From: Minutocellus sp. GHC0000111
Taxonomy: Eukaryota
DNA length: 64,000 nucleotides
Direction of reading: 5' to 3'
Assembly: GCA_977018835.1 (NCBI GenBank)
Contig: OZ361260.1
Coordinates: 744,001 to 808,000, forward strand
Shown here: positions 42,082 through 53,900 of the stretch, piece by piece
Layout: the number at the start of each line of letters is the position of its first letter
Position numbering within the stretch: position 1 is the stretch's first letter
Notes under the pieces: model-generated
Told to the model about the DNA's origin: nothing
What the model saw: only the letters and a program-made list of their open reading frames with translations
Databases searched by the model: none
Made by a program: the position numbers and the translations under genes

Positions 42082-44544
42082 TTAGACAAAAGCAATCTCG
42101 TTCCAGTCTCTTGTCGAAAAGCGGTCAGGGTCGTTGTCAACTTCCATGTCTCTATTCTCCTCTTTCGGTTCGTCTTTGTTATTGTTGCTGTTTCTTTTCT
42201 TTCCACCTTTCCGTCCAAGTACCGTAAAAAGAATGCTGGCTGCAGAACTGCTCTCGTCGTCATTGTATGCATACTCTTGTGTAAAGAATGACTTCCTCGA
42301 GCTTGCAGTACAAGTACTACCTGGGCTACCAATGCTGCCGCACGGAGGAGGAAATGGTGGAATCAGGCTATCTTCGTCTTTGAGTTGCATGTGATCAGGG
42401 GTGATGAACGGGTCGTTGGTGCTGGTAGCCTCGGAAGAGTGCATTGAATCGGCGTCGTTATCATTGAAATCCCACTCGGATGGTTCGAATGTAGGCTGGT
42501 CGAATTCCACTTCCTTTCCGAGAGATGACACACGGTCCAAAGTCAGCGGGATCAGGGGTGGCAACTTTGATGGCAGTGCAGTGCCTACACCGTCATCGTC
42601 TGTTTTCGTTTCTTCCTCCTCATCTATGGGGTCAGCAACTGGCGCTGGGGTTGTGACCGACAGGCCTACTGGAGATGAAACAATCTTTGGCTCAATCATC
42701 TTCAGCTGTTTTGGAGATGTGGGTTCATCTACGACACTGGTCTGCATTTCCGCCTCTTCTTCGTTCTTGAAATGTTGAGGACTTTTCGATGGACTAGTAA
42801 ATGTAGAGTTTGGACTGGACGAGGAGGGTGAAATTTGAGAAGATGGTGAAAGGGGAGCTGTGTCGTTGTCATCATCGGTACTTCCATCTCCTTCAGGAAT
42901 GTTGAGAAGCAGGGGTCGGTTCGTTTTGGACTTTGTCCCGGTGTGTATTGCAATGTCGGCTCCACCGCCGACCAAATCAGCTACAATGTCATGGCATTCG
43001 TCGGGAGCTGTGTCTCTTGATGTGTCCAGCGTCTTATTCTCCTCATCGTTGTCGTATTCAAAGGCATCTGCACGCAAAGATCCATCATCGTATGCGTGAA
43101 GAGCATCGAGATTGCGAAGTTGCGTGGACTTGTCTCCATTGATATTGGTCCTTGAAGCAGATGGCCCAGCCCCAGCTTCACCACTAGTCGTCGCCGTATC
43201 ATATTCCTTTTGATTGCGGCGACGGCGGTGGACAAAGAATGCGGCCAACAAAAGGATTGCAAGAGTTGTTACTACTGCGACGGCCATCAGAGAAGTCTTA
43301 TTACCGCCAATCTCGTCAGGTGAGTTTCCTCCGTCCGTAGCTTTTGAGACGTTATCCTCGGGCGGGGGTGCTGGTGATGAGTCGATTTCGTTGTCTCCCA
43401 TATCCTCTGAATCCTCCTTTGTACCAATATCAATACCACCTTCCTTCAGCGTGGATTCCATCGTTGGCTGATCTGTACGCAGCGCCGTTGTTGGCTCTTT
43501 GGTTGGATCCGATGTTGGCTCCGACGTCGGTTCCAATGTATACCGAACAGGCGCTCGTGTAGGAGAGGGCGTTACTGGCATCTCCGTTGGATCAGAGATA
43601 GGTTCGGATGTAAAGACGACTGGGGCTCGGGTTGGTTTCGCCGTCGGTGATAACGACGTCGGTGGCGAGGAAGTGGGGCTTTCTGTTACAAGGCCACTCA
43701 CACCTGCCTTTAAAGTCTCCACCGCATAAAATGAGCCTCTTTTGATGTTGATGGGAAAGCCAAGCTCCTCGTTGAGCGCATCGACAAAGACTGACTCGTC
43801 CCTGTCACCAACATCTGCTTCGTCGTCTCCAGAAGGGAGTAGGCTCGAGGTGATCATAGAAAACAAACTCAGTTGATCTGGCAAGTCCGATGGCGAGTCC
43901 GCAGTAACGACGATGTACCCACCGATGGGGTGCTCGGATTTGATCATCACCTCTCGTTTCTCCACCGGTGGAGGTGCATTGGGGTCACAACACTCTTGGA
44001 TGTGTTCGTAGGACCGGCCCTCCAACCAGCACGTGTACTCACACGCCCTATGTTCCACCCAGTACGGATCCTCTCGACAACGCTTTCCGATGGCATCGTA
44101 TGCCTTGGGGCAGGTTATTCCTCGTCGAATCATGTTGACGGTTGGCTCGTCCGTGCACACTGTGCACTCGGCATCTCGTCTTTGTGCCTCCATGCCCTCA
44201 CCGCGCAGTTGTCGTTGTCGGCGCTTGAAGAGCTTGTTGTCGTCATGAAACGACCAGCTCCGTAAATCGAACGAAACATCATCCGCAATCACGCCATCGT
44301 TTGCCAGCTGGTTGCCGAGGTAGTTCTGCGCCGTCTCAGCGGCAATAGTGAGTATTGCTCGTGCCGACTTCTTATCGAAATCTGATGCCGGAACCGGAAA
44401 GAGAGTCAGGCGGAAAGCCGGGACGGCCACACTGTACTGCTCGGCAGCGGCAGAAGCCACCAAGGTCGACGAGACGATGCCAGATAGTAATAGGGTACTG
44501 CCGCAGCGCTGACGTCGACGTGGGGACGTCATGGTTGCTTGCAT
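42082..44544 (-). CDS. Type I membrane glycoprotein: signal peptide, RQLR site, Cys-rich module, Pro/Thr (PT) repeats, TM, disordered tail
   Basis: LLLSGIVSSTLVASAAA; QRQLR; CTVCTD...CEYTCW...ECC; SPTAKPT/EPTSDPT; AVAVVTTLAILLLAAFFVHRRRR. Confidence 0.78.
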   Translation of the reverse strand: MQATMTSPRRRQRCGSTLLLSGIVSSTLVASAAAEQYSVAVPAFRLTLFPVPASDFDKKSARAILTIAAETAQNYLGNQLANDGVIADDVSFDLRSWSFHDDNKLFKRRQRQLRGEGMEAQRRDAECTVCTDEPTVNMIRRGITCPKAYDAIGKRCREDPYWVEHRACEYTCWLEGRSYEHIQECCDPNAPPPVEKREVMIKSEHPIGGYIVVTADSPSDLPDQLSLFSMITSSLLPSGDDEADVGDRDESVFVDALNEELGFPINIKRGSFYAVETLKAGVSGLVTESPTSSPPTSLSPTAKPTRAPVVFTSEPISDPTEMPVTPSPTRAPVRYTLEPTSEPTSDPTKEPTTALRTDQPTMESTLKEGGIDIGTKEDSEDMGDNEIDSSPAPPPEDNVSKATDGGNSPDEIGGNKTSLMAVAVVTTLAILLLAAFFVHRRRRNQKEYDTATTSGEAGAGPSASRTNINGDKSTQLRNLDALHAYDDGSLRADAFEYDNDEENKTLDTSRDTAPDECHDIVADLVGGGADIAIHTGTKSKTNRPLLLNIPEGDGSTDDDNDTAPLSPSSQISPSSSSPNSTFTSPSKSPQHFKNEEEAEMQTSVVDEPTSPKQLKMIEPKIVSSPVGLSVTTPAPVADPIDEEEETKTDDDGVGTALPSKLPPLIPLTLDRVSSLGKEVEFDQPTFEPSEWDFNDNDADSMHSSEATSTNDPFITPDHMQLKDEDSLIPPFPPPCGSIGSPGSTCTASSRKSFFTQEYAYNDDESSSAASILFTVLGRKGGKKRNSNNNKDEPKEENRDMEVDNDPDRFSTRDWNEIAFV

Positions 44545-44827
44545 ATTGGCTTTGGATGGAGAATGAGGCGTTTGTGACAGCGCACCGGCCCGGCAGGCTT
44601 TGCTTTGCTGTTGGTGCCGGGACTGAACTCGTTCTCCTATCCGTACTGAGGGGTTTTTTATTTGCCATATTGAGTCGAATGAATCAGTCGAATGATTTGC
44701 CGAAACGGTGGTGGTGGTTGGTGGCTGCTGCTTGTGGCATGTCAATTTTACATACTTTACGTACCGGTAGCTAGACTCTACTCTTGCTTGTGGCATGTAA
44801 TTACGTAGCTAGTAGTGCCTTACATTC

Positions 44828-45631
44828 CTACAGAGTTACAGCCTCGTTTACATCCGACAACACCAAAGCTCCCTGCCTCAGAGAACCCGAGATCAATTTC
44901 AGCTCGGCCCTCAGGGCTTGTGCGGCGGGGTGGCTCATGTCTCTTGGAACTCCTATTCTTTTCCGAAGATAATCGACACAATCAGCGACAGCCTGAGTAG
45001 TTTCTGCTCCAAACTCACCAGATGAGAGAGAGCTGATCGATGCATCGACGGCACCGCCGTTTCTAGACGTCGAACCTGGAAGCAGTGTTCCAAACATTCC
45101 ACCCCCTCCAGATGATAAAAGTGCATCCACCGTATGCCTCAACATAAGGTCAACTGCAGGCTCGGCATCTTCGTTTGGATTGTCCCTAGGACCAGCGAGA
45201 GGTGCTGCCGATGCCGGCAGACCGGGAGTTCCGGCAGCACGAGAGGCGAATCTGACAATATTTTCGTGGTTGGAGATGATTCGCTCGGCAGCTTCTCGTC
45301 GAGCAGCAGCCATGTCCCCCGAGCACCAATCCCAGCCAGGTTCGATCCAAATATCATCCCCCGATGTCGATTCTACAGCATCCGAAGGTCCCTCAGGTAA
45401 GTCATCAATCAATGCTTGCATCTCTTTTACCTCCTGGCCTTTGCCGGGTACGGAATCGGCCGACAGTTGGGGAGGAAGAGCACGGCTGTGCGTATACCAG
45501 TCGCTCTTTGTTGCTTGATATGACGGTCTGGACTCCATCGCTTCGAGCCAACGCATAAGATTTGGCCGTCGTTGTTTATCAGCACGGTAGTCAACACCCT
45601 TGAAATAGGCCAATGATGCCATCTGACGTTT
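44828..45631 (-). pseudogene. C-terminal part of a glutathione S-transferase-like gene (N-terminal thioredoxin domain missing)
   Basis: RQMASLAYFKG...PNLMRWLEAMESRPSY..TKSDWYTH..ALPPQ, YLRKRIGVPRDMSHPAA; upstream sequence belongs to another gene. Confidence 0.75.
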
Positions 45632-46697
45632 GCTGCGTGGGCACCTTCAGATGTCCGTGCGTTGCCTTGAACTGGCGGAGCTGCTCCAGCCGCTCCTCCC
45701 AGCTGAGGAACTTCTCTCTGCGCTCAAAGACGAAGCCTATGTCGTTGAGCTTGACCACATGGTCGGCCGTCAGCTTGGAACTGTTCCCCTTGCCCTCCTT
45801 GAACTTGCGATATTCCTTCTGCTGCTGATAGATCCACGTCGCGAGTTTGCTGTACTCGGATTTTTCGGTGGGGACCAGACAGTCTCCATGGGCCTCCTTG
45901 TACGCGCACAGCTGGGCGTACATTTCATTCCACCGCGCCACGTACTGGAGGCGGCGGTTGGAGTTGCGTATGTCGACGCCGAGGGCCTCGAACCGATCGA
46001 TCTTGGATTGGAGGTGGGGCGACAGCGATTCGCCCTGCTCCTCGGCCTTGGTGAGACTTTGGTTGAGCTGGGATCTCTGATTCACCAGCCACTTGCGCAG
46101 GTCGTCGTTGGCCTTGTCGGATGCGGCGATCTTGGTCGAACCGCCGTGGGTGGCGTGGTAATGCACGAGGCGATCGTACAGCAGATTCCACTTCTCGGTC
46201 GGTTCGCGTGCCATTCGTCCGGCGACCGCCGCCTTCTTCTTCTTTTTGCTCCTCTTGGACTTCGTGGAGCGTTTTGATGACAACTTCTTGAGGACCTCGT
46301 TGTCATCTTCGTCGTCTTCTTCGTAATCTTGGTCGTCCTGGTCACCACCGGCATTGGCACGCTTGCGCTTGTCTCCAGCGGCCGCTGCGGCAGCGGCAGC
46401 TGGGGCCTGTGCTGGCGGAGCTCCGTCGGCGATAAGATACGCGGCTGCCTCCTCCATGGATCCAAACTCCTGATATTCGGCGCCGGCGGCGTTGGGTCCG
46501 GTCACGTGAGCTTTCGCATCGGACCAATGGAGGAAGATGGCATTCTGGATACCACTTCCTCCATCATCACCACCTCCGCGGCGGACGGCAATGTACCGAA
46601 GAGAACCATCGTCGTCCGTTGGTAGGGAAGGAGCGACTGGGTCCTCGTCTTCGCCTGCGATGCCGACGACGGGTCCGGGAAGCGGCGGTGGTTCCAT
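45591..46697 (-). pseudogene. RNase H1 N-terminal-like + helicase-associated (HA) repeat protein, truncated in the third HA domain
   Basis: YIAVRRG..IFLHWSDAKAHV..AEYQEF.SMEEAAAYL; W...Y..L..Y...HG.C.VP repeats; breaks off at HGHLKVPTQQ into GST sequence. Confidence 0.75.
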
Positions 46698-46990
46698 CGT
46701 TGTTGCTGCTGCTGCTGCTCCAAGTGTGGTAGGTATCCGTGGGTATCTTGATTTGTTTGAATTTGATGCACCGATAACAGGTATTTCACTTCAGTCCCAA
46801 CACATCATGTGTTCGTTTTTCTGACGGTTCAGTCAAGTGGCAAGCCCAAGGGCTGATGAAAAAGGAGAAAAATCCCGAGTAATGGTATTGGTAGAAACTA
46901 CCGAATAATGGGCGAAACCACGCACGAAAATCGAAACTGCAAAACCATGACGAACCGCCAGTCCATCCATCACCCATCGGCATTTGTTGC

Positions 46991-49072
46991 GTGATCAGCA
47001 TGACCCCCGAACGCCGGCGCCGGCGCATCCATAGTGATCCGGGTGGTGTTTCTGCAGCGGCACGCACATTTCCTGTCGCAACATGTGCCGTTTTCCTCCT
47101 TTCCACCGCAGGCAACGGCATGTGCCAATGTAGCGCCTTCCATCCACCGATGCCGATAATACATGTACAACATGTAGTTCGTCGTCGTGGCCCTATCAAT
47201 CAAAATGGCGGGTTTGCTTCACCAACGATGTCTTCAAGCATGAGCCGATTGCATGCATCTACAATGAAATCTCAGGCCACCGATACCACTGCTCCTCGAG
47301 ATGACCTGCAGCAAGTGGTAGTGATGGGCGACACTGACAATGCTGGCATTGCTGGCGAAAGTGCAGACGATTTGGCATCGTTGTCATCATCGAAGGATGC
47401 AAGCGGCGATATTAAAGGCGCGAATGGCGATCTTACTTCCTTGCTCGAATCTTCGTCGCCTGAAGTTGAATTGCTCGGCGACACATCATCTGCAATGTCG
47501 TCGTCGTCGTCATCATCCATTTCATCCACCTCGTATCCACCGGTCCCATCCCTTCGAGAATGTCTCTCCTTTATGCTTCCAGCCCTGGGCATCTACGCCG
47601 CCCCACCCCTCATGTCCCTGATTGACGCCGCATTTGTCGGTCGAACGTCCTCGGTGGAGTTGGCGGCGTTGGGACCAGCCTCGTCCATCAGCGACAGTGC
47701 CTCCCTGCCTCTGCTGTTCCTTTCGATTGCCGCGACGAATTTGATTGCCAAGTCCACGTCCAAGGGCAACGTCGACGAAAGCCGGCGAGTGACGCGTGCG
47801 TGCTTGGGATTGGGAACTGTCGGTGGCACTATGATTGCCCTCGCTGTGTTCGTCAAGCGACTTTGGTTGTCGTCCGTGTATTGTGGTGAACCTCTTGCTG
47901 CGGCGGCTGCTGCTGGAACTGCGTCGCTTACACCCTACTTTTCCAGCTATACTGCCATACGAACCCTGGGCCTGCCGGCTGTCGTTGTGGCCTCCATTGC
48001 TCAGGCTGTGTGCATCGGTGTCAAAGATACTAGAACCCCAATGGTTGCTGTCCTTTTGGCTGCGGCTCTCAATTTGGTGGGAGATTTCGTCGCGGTTTCT
48101 GGACTTGGTTTGGGCATTGCCGGTGCTGCGTGGGCGACAACAATATCTCAGATATGTGCTGCAGGTCTACTGCTTAGAGTGCTGGCGAAGCGGGGACTGT
48201 TGCGTGGACGCGGCGATAGCCAGGAATCGTACGCTCCGGTCCGAAGCAATGTGGCTGAAACTGCAGAAGATGGTGAAGCAACTGTGTTCTGTGAAAGCAG
48301 CACCTGGGAGACCATATCGAGTATTTTGTCCTTCATCCCCTTCCTATTCGTAATGGCAGTCAAGATCGGCATGCACAATACTGCCGCAGCGACGGCGGCA
48401 TCGCTTGGCGGGGCTCCAGCAGCGGCGCATACGGCTCTGTTTGCAGTGGGAATGTTATGCTTCACCTTTGGGGATACCGGTAGCAGTCTTTCGCAGGCAT
48501 TTTTGCCGAAATTTGCATCGAACGATTGCGAAATTGATCCAAATAATCCCGGCAGTCCTAGGGGCAGAAGGAAGTCACCCGTATCGTTTGATGTAGAAGC
48601 TGCAAAGCCCACCATCGCACGACTTATCAAGTGCACATTTGGTGTCTCGGCGACGGTCATTGCCATCTCGTCAGCGATGTTGACCATCTTTGCTTCTCAA
48701 ATTACCAATGATCCGGCCGTCATACATCAGATGCGCAGGGCATTGCCCTTCATGGTCGGCACACTCTCCCTTCATGGCACGGCTGTGACTCTAGAGGGTC
48801 TGCTCCTTGCCCAGCAAAACTTTCGTGGCCTTACGGCAACTTACTCGGCCGTTGCCCTTACCATCGCTGCTGCAATGGGATACGTTCGAACCTCCGGCGT
48901 TGGCCTGCTCGGTGTTTGGGCTACATATGTGTGGTTTCAGGCGTCGCGAGTTGTTGCCTTCTCGGCGTTCGGCGGGTTACTTCCGAAGCTCGGGCTTGGG
49001 GGACTTTGGAAGCGATTGCGGGGGCGAACCTGTTCTTCTGACGACGAACAGATGCTGGCAGATGGTGCGTGA
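46991..49072 (+). CDS. MATE family transporter, probably plastid-targeted
   Basis: CSA-F signal/transit boundary; PLMSLIDAAFVGRTSSVELAALGP, GVKDTRTP, LNLVGD, GIAGAAWAT. Confidence 0.88.
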   Translation: MISMTPERRRRRIHSDPGGVSAAARTFPVATCAVFLLSTAGNGMCQCSAFHPPMPIIHVQHVVRRRGPINQNGGFASPTMSSSMSRLHASTMKSQATDTTAPRDDLQQVVVMGDTDNAGIAGESADDLASLSSSKDASGDIKGANGDLTSLLESSSPEVELLGDTSSAMSSSSSSSISSTSYPPVPSLRECLSFMLPALGIYAAPPLMSLIDAAFVGRTSSVELAALGPASSISDSASLPLLFLSIAATNLIAKSTSKGNVDESRRVTRACLGLGTVGGTMIALAVFVKRLWLSSVYCGEPLAAAAAAGTASLTPYFSSYTAIRTLGLPAVVVASIAQAVCIGVKDTRTPMVAVLLAAALNLVGDFVAVSGLGLGIAGAAWATTISQICAAGLLLRVLAKRGLLRGRGDSQESYAPVRSNVAETAEDGEATVFCESSTWETISSILSFIPFLFVMAVKIGMHNTAAATAASLGGAPAAAHTALFAVGMLCFTFGDTGSSLSQAFLPKFASNDCEIDPNNPGSPRGRRKSPVSFDVEAAKPTIARLIKCTFGVSATVIAISSAMLTIFASQITNDPAVIHQMRRALPFMVGTLSLHGTAVTLEGLLLAQQNFRGLTATYSAVALTIAAAMGYVRTSGVGLLGVWATYVWFQASRVVAFSAFGGLLPKLGLGGLWKRLRGRTCSSDDEQMLADGA

Positions 49073-49362
49073 AGGTAGAATACCTATGCTACTCTAGATC
49101 TCGATAGATACATGACAGATATGGTCTCTATTTGGTATTAACTTTGTTCGAGCGAAATTTATTTACAGCTCAAATCTTATACGAATGACTTATTATCAAA
49201 CGAGGCTTTATCTCGGGCCGTTCCCCTGTTTGGCCCAGAAATCTTCTCATATAATACACGTATGTTCAGTGGTTGTACCGATTCGATCCCAAGTAAGTTA
49301 GAATGGGTCGCTGCACGGCAGTTGGATGGCCTTGTTATCGAGGACATCTCTCCAAATATATA

Positions 49363-49406
49363 TGTTCAAAAATGTGTTCAAAATGTGTTCAAAAATGTGT
49401 TCAAAA
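49363..49406. repeat. Minisatellite, TGTTCAAAA(A)TG x4
   Basis: Directly visible 11-12-bp unit. Confidence 0.8.
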
Positions 49407-49532
49407 TCTTTTGCGGCTTGGTCTTGTCGCAATCAAAACTGGCATTATTGCCTTGGCTTGGTGTGGATGATGGGGAAAGTGGTGTGATTCGTATTTATTT
49501 GACGCGCAGTGCATATTCATAACCGTTGCTCA

Positions 49533-50162
49533 TCATTGAAGGCGATGGCCACCGGTGTTGCCTGCGCCGCTGTGCCTACCGACGGTGCCAGTCGTACGTG
49601 CAGGAGGACTACCAGTACGACGCTGGATCGAGGCGCGATGACGGTCGTGGTTGTCCTCGGCGCTGGCGCTGGATGCCCTCTCCAACACGTGGAGAAGGTG
49701 GCTGCGACTGGGGTGGTATTGCTGTTGGACGTTGGCAGGTAGCGGCGTCGGCGCGGAGATGGCGCATGCGCTTTCCAGGATGGAGAGGAGGCGAGTACGA
49801 CGGCAGTCCCCTTCTTCCGCACGGCAGCGGGAAGTTGTCGTCGGCGAAGTAGTAGAAGACGACGACTGATGATTGCGGTTAAAGACATCATCGTCTGCGC
49901 ACAAAGAGATGATTTGATTTTAAATGGTGGCATCCGTAAAGCATGGTTTGGATTGGGGTGAGAAGATTCATTCATTCGGTTTGTTGCCGGTTGGTAGATG
50001 CATGAGATTGCATCACACTCATAACACAAAACTTGGCACAGGGCAAGCACAAATAAAAATACGAAACTCACCGCCCAGGCTGCTGCTGCTGCTGCTGCTG
50101 CTGCTTAGTAGGGACCTGAGCGACGGGGGGTCCGTCCCTTGGAATCTGTTGTCGTTGATCAT
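49533..50162 (-). CDS. Hypothetical low-complexity protein, two exons
   Basis: Exon 50162-50072, GTGAGT...CAG intron 50071-49895, exon 49894-49533 in frame. Confidence 0.5.
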
Positions 50163-50906
50163 TATCCTTTTACGATTTCCTGGTTCAAGGCCGAGATTTT
50201 ATGAGTGAATCAAGTGGTAATCCAGCGGAAACCAACGTAAGCTACTACGTGTACTAGTATGACCGGTGTGTTCAGGGAGGGCAAGCAAATCAGGTGAACA
50301 TAAAGACATGAAACATGACACGAAGTGTGGATTGAGGATCTATCGGGGATCAAACGAGTGGCCGAAAGTGGAGCTCAGGCGTGTCGTCGCAGCCATTTCC
50401 GGGTGTTTCTCAGTCTTTCTGAACTGCGTCAGCCATGTTGCAATTTCCGATGCGTCATCAAAAGGCGCGGCCGGCGCGCGGCTCTCACCAAGCACCTCTC
50501 ATTTTGAAAGACGTGCTGCGAAGCGTGTGCTGACTGTGCGTGGAAAGATACCGCCGGTACCGGTACCTACCTGCGCCCGCATCCCTCTTGCATCCGCAGC
50601 GGTCGTCGATACGGATCCCGCTCCACGCGCCCGTCTTTGTTTTGTCGCGACCGACCGAATAATCGGTGGTCGGCAACCGCGCTCATGTTTTGTCGGTCGA
50701 AAAAATTGGGCTGGTTGGTGCCTTGAATTTCAAAAAAAAAAACTCTGCGAAGTCTGCACGCTCGATCGAAGGACCTTCCGGCCTTTGTGTCCACCGCTTG
50801 GAGGAAATAAGTCGTTGGCATCGAATATTCGGCCGTAGGCACGCGGGTATCCAGTAACTTCACCAGCGAGCGCAGCCGGCAACAACACAACAGCAGCAGC
50901 GCAGCC

Positions 50907-53900
50907 ATGCCCCGCGGAGGACGGTCGTCCCGCTCCCCCACCGCGTCCGGCTCGGGCTCGGGCGGCGGCGGTTCCATGCTCACCCGCAAGCCCGCGACGC
51001 ATCCCGACGAGAACACCCCGCAGCACAAGGCCAACCTGGTCCGGAACCTCGGCCGCAACGACGCCGAGATCGCCGCCATCGTCCGGTGCAACCGGTCCCT
51101 GCGGACGTTGCGCGACGAGATCCGGCAGCGGCACGGCGAGGAAACCCTCCTCGACGTCGGGGAGGGGACCATCCGCCTCAAGACGGGGGAGCTGGGCGGC
51201 ACGGCCTGCCCGACGGTCGTCCGGATGGTTCCTGGGGTCATTGTCGATGCCGATGGATATCGCAAGCTCATCGAGGACAGGATGGCCGAGGTGATGAAGG
51301 AGAGGGCTCTCCGACAGGCGGATGGCAATGCTGGTAGTGACGATGCTGATGATGCCAACGCCGACGACGAGGCCAATGCCGCCAAGCAGTCGGATGCAGC
51401 AGATGGTGATGGTGCCACCGTCATCAACACCATCCCCCCCGACGAGGTGCCGCTGGACGACCCCGACCACGAGTCCGACCCCACCAACCCCCGAACCCGG
51501 ACCAACCTCATCCGCGCCTTCCTCCTCCGCCTCCACCTCCGCCGTCGCCTGCTCAACCTTCTCTTCCGCCGGATGAACCGCCTGGCCCGGGCCATGGACG
51601 GCGAATCGGCCATCAGCTCCGGCCTCAACGGACCGACGCCGCCGCGGTACGGGGACTTTCGATTCCTCCTCGACGAGACGCAGGACGAGTTCCGGCAGTT
51701 CGAGGCGCAGTTCCAAAAGAAGGTCGAGGCCAGGCGGAACGTCGAGGAGCGCCGGGCCCTCCGGCGCAACAAGGAGCTTGGTCTGGTCAAGGGCGATGAC
51801 GACGATGATGATGGCAGCGCTGAGGATGAAGTCATGGCCGATGCCGATACCGCCGAGGCCAAGCCCGAGGAAGTGGACGGACCCACCTCGTCGTCATCGT
51901 CTCCCTCGGATGCTACCATTGCCAAGTTGATCCTGCCGCAGGAAGATATCGACGATCTCAACGTCCTCATGGAGACCGACGTCGGGCGGGACAAGATGGT
52001 CACGTACCAGGATCTGACCAAGCCCCTCCAGGCCCTGGGCGGGGGCGGTTCAGGGTCTCCCAACAAGAGCAAGACTCCCGCCGCCGCCAAGAAGAGTACC
52101 CCGTCGTCCAAGATGGATGCCGCCGTCGAGAAGGAGACGGCCGCCAACACCGAAGCCGTCGCCGCCGACATTGACGCCGAGGCTACGGCCGAAGATGCCG
52201 ATAGGGCTGGCCAAGCCGAGGCTGGAACCAAGACCGAGGGTCCACCGTCCGCCATCGAGGTCAAGGCCGAGGCTACCGAGGAGAACAACGGTGTTGCCAA
52301 CGACGGTACGTCCGATACACCCGCCGTCAAGGCCGACGACAAGAAGGCAGATGATGAAGAAGAAGAGTTGCCGCCCCTCCCCGAGCTCGTCCCCGGCAAG
52401 ATCCGCAAGATCGTCACCCTTCCCCTCGCCTCGTCCGACCCAGGCCCGGAGGAGAGGGACTTCGCCTCCGCCAAGTTCACCGCCGCGGGCGGCGGTGGCA
52501 TTGGCGCCTTCAACCGGTCCATGAACAGCCGCGAGAGGGAGGTCGAGTTCAACCGTTGGAAGACCGACGTCCTGGCCAAGGTCCCCGAGCAGCCCACCTT
52601 CGCCGAGCTTGGTCTGGAGAACCGCGTCTTTGGCCTCGAGGCTCGTAGGAAGAAGGCAGCAGAGGCAGCTGCTGCCGCCGCCGCCGCCAATGGTGGTGAC
52701 AAGATGGAGGACGACGACGACGACAAGGCTGCTGACGATGATGATGCCATGGACGTTGACGACGAAGGCAAATCAAGGAAGAGATCCGCCGACGATGCCG
52801 ATGAAGGAAATGAGGAGGAGGAGGAGAATGAAGGTGACGACAACGGCGCCGATAAGTCCAAGGAGGAGGCTGGCAAGGAGAAGATCAAGAGGCCCGATAT
52901 CTTCAAGAAGAAGAAGCTCATCTCTCTGGCAGCCGCCCCCTCGTTCCACATGCAGGATCAGCACCGGGTCCGGGAGGTCCACAAGGAACTGCTCGTGCGA
53001 TCCAGGTATGAAAAGACTCAGAAAATGGTGGACGAGGCCAATGCAGCGTACAACAAGGCCTACGCCGTTTCCACTGAGGTTCACAACCGAAAGAATCAAC
53101 AGACCAATGAGCTCAATATGCAGTCTGCTCGTGTTCGGATGGTAGAGAACAGTGCTAATGCCACACACCAAGCTACTACCAACGCGCAGCGTGCACTTTG
53201 GCAAAAGGCCTATGAGCAGTGGTGCAGCCGAAGAATGAAGGCCGGCCTTGCTGTCCCTCCCATGCCTATCGAACAGCAGGCCCCTGCTACTGCTGCTGCT
53301 TCCCAGAATGGAAATACTGCGGCTACTCCCACCAGCGGCGCCGATACTAGGCCTAGTGCTGTCAATGGCACTCCTCTCACTGCCGCCAAATCCTCGGACT
53401 CGGCCGCCACAGAGGAGGAGCGAGAGGCTGCATCGGCTTTGGGCGCCGTGGTTGATAAGGTTGCCAAGGAAGAGGGTGGAGAAAAGAAGGAACCTGTCTA
53501 CAACGATCCTTCTGTTCTGGAGAATGTACCCGCCGAGGCCGAAAACTTCCCTGCATTCACAGTTCCGCCCATGAATGCCGATCTAGCAGCCGCTCTTGCA
53601 AAGGAGAGGCAAAAGGAGGCAGCCCTTCGCAAGCAGGTGACCGAAGATACGGTCAAGCTAAACGCTGCCGAGGAGGAGAGGAAGAAGGCTTGGAGGCAGA
53701 TGCTCAAGCTGAAGGGGGAACTGCAGACGGCGCAGGCCGGTGGTTCTGCCGGAAGCGGGTCCAGAAGCCAAAGGCGCAGGCCACCGGCGTCCCGCCGCGC
53801 TCCCGCACCGGCCCCTGCAGCCGCGACATACCGAGCTCCGGCACCCGCAGCCCGGGCTCCTGCCGCCGCCGCCACCACCGCCTACGCTGGCCATTCGGCT

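Noticed and set aside
50567..52951. 794-aa minus-strand ORF
   Set aside because: Antisense shadow of the GC3-rich 50907-54509 gene; Ser/Ala/Leu low complexity with no domain.
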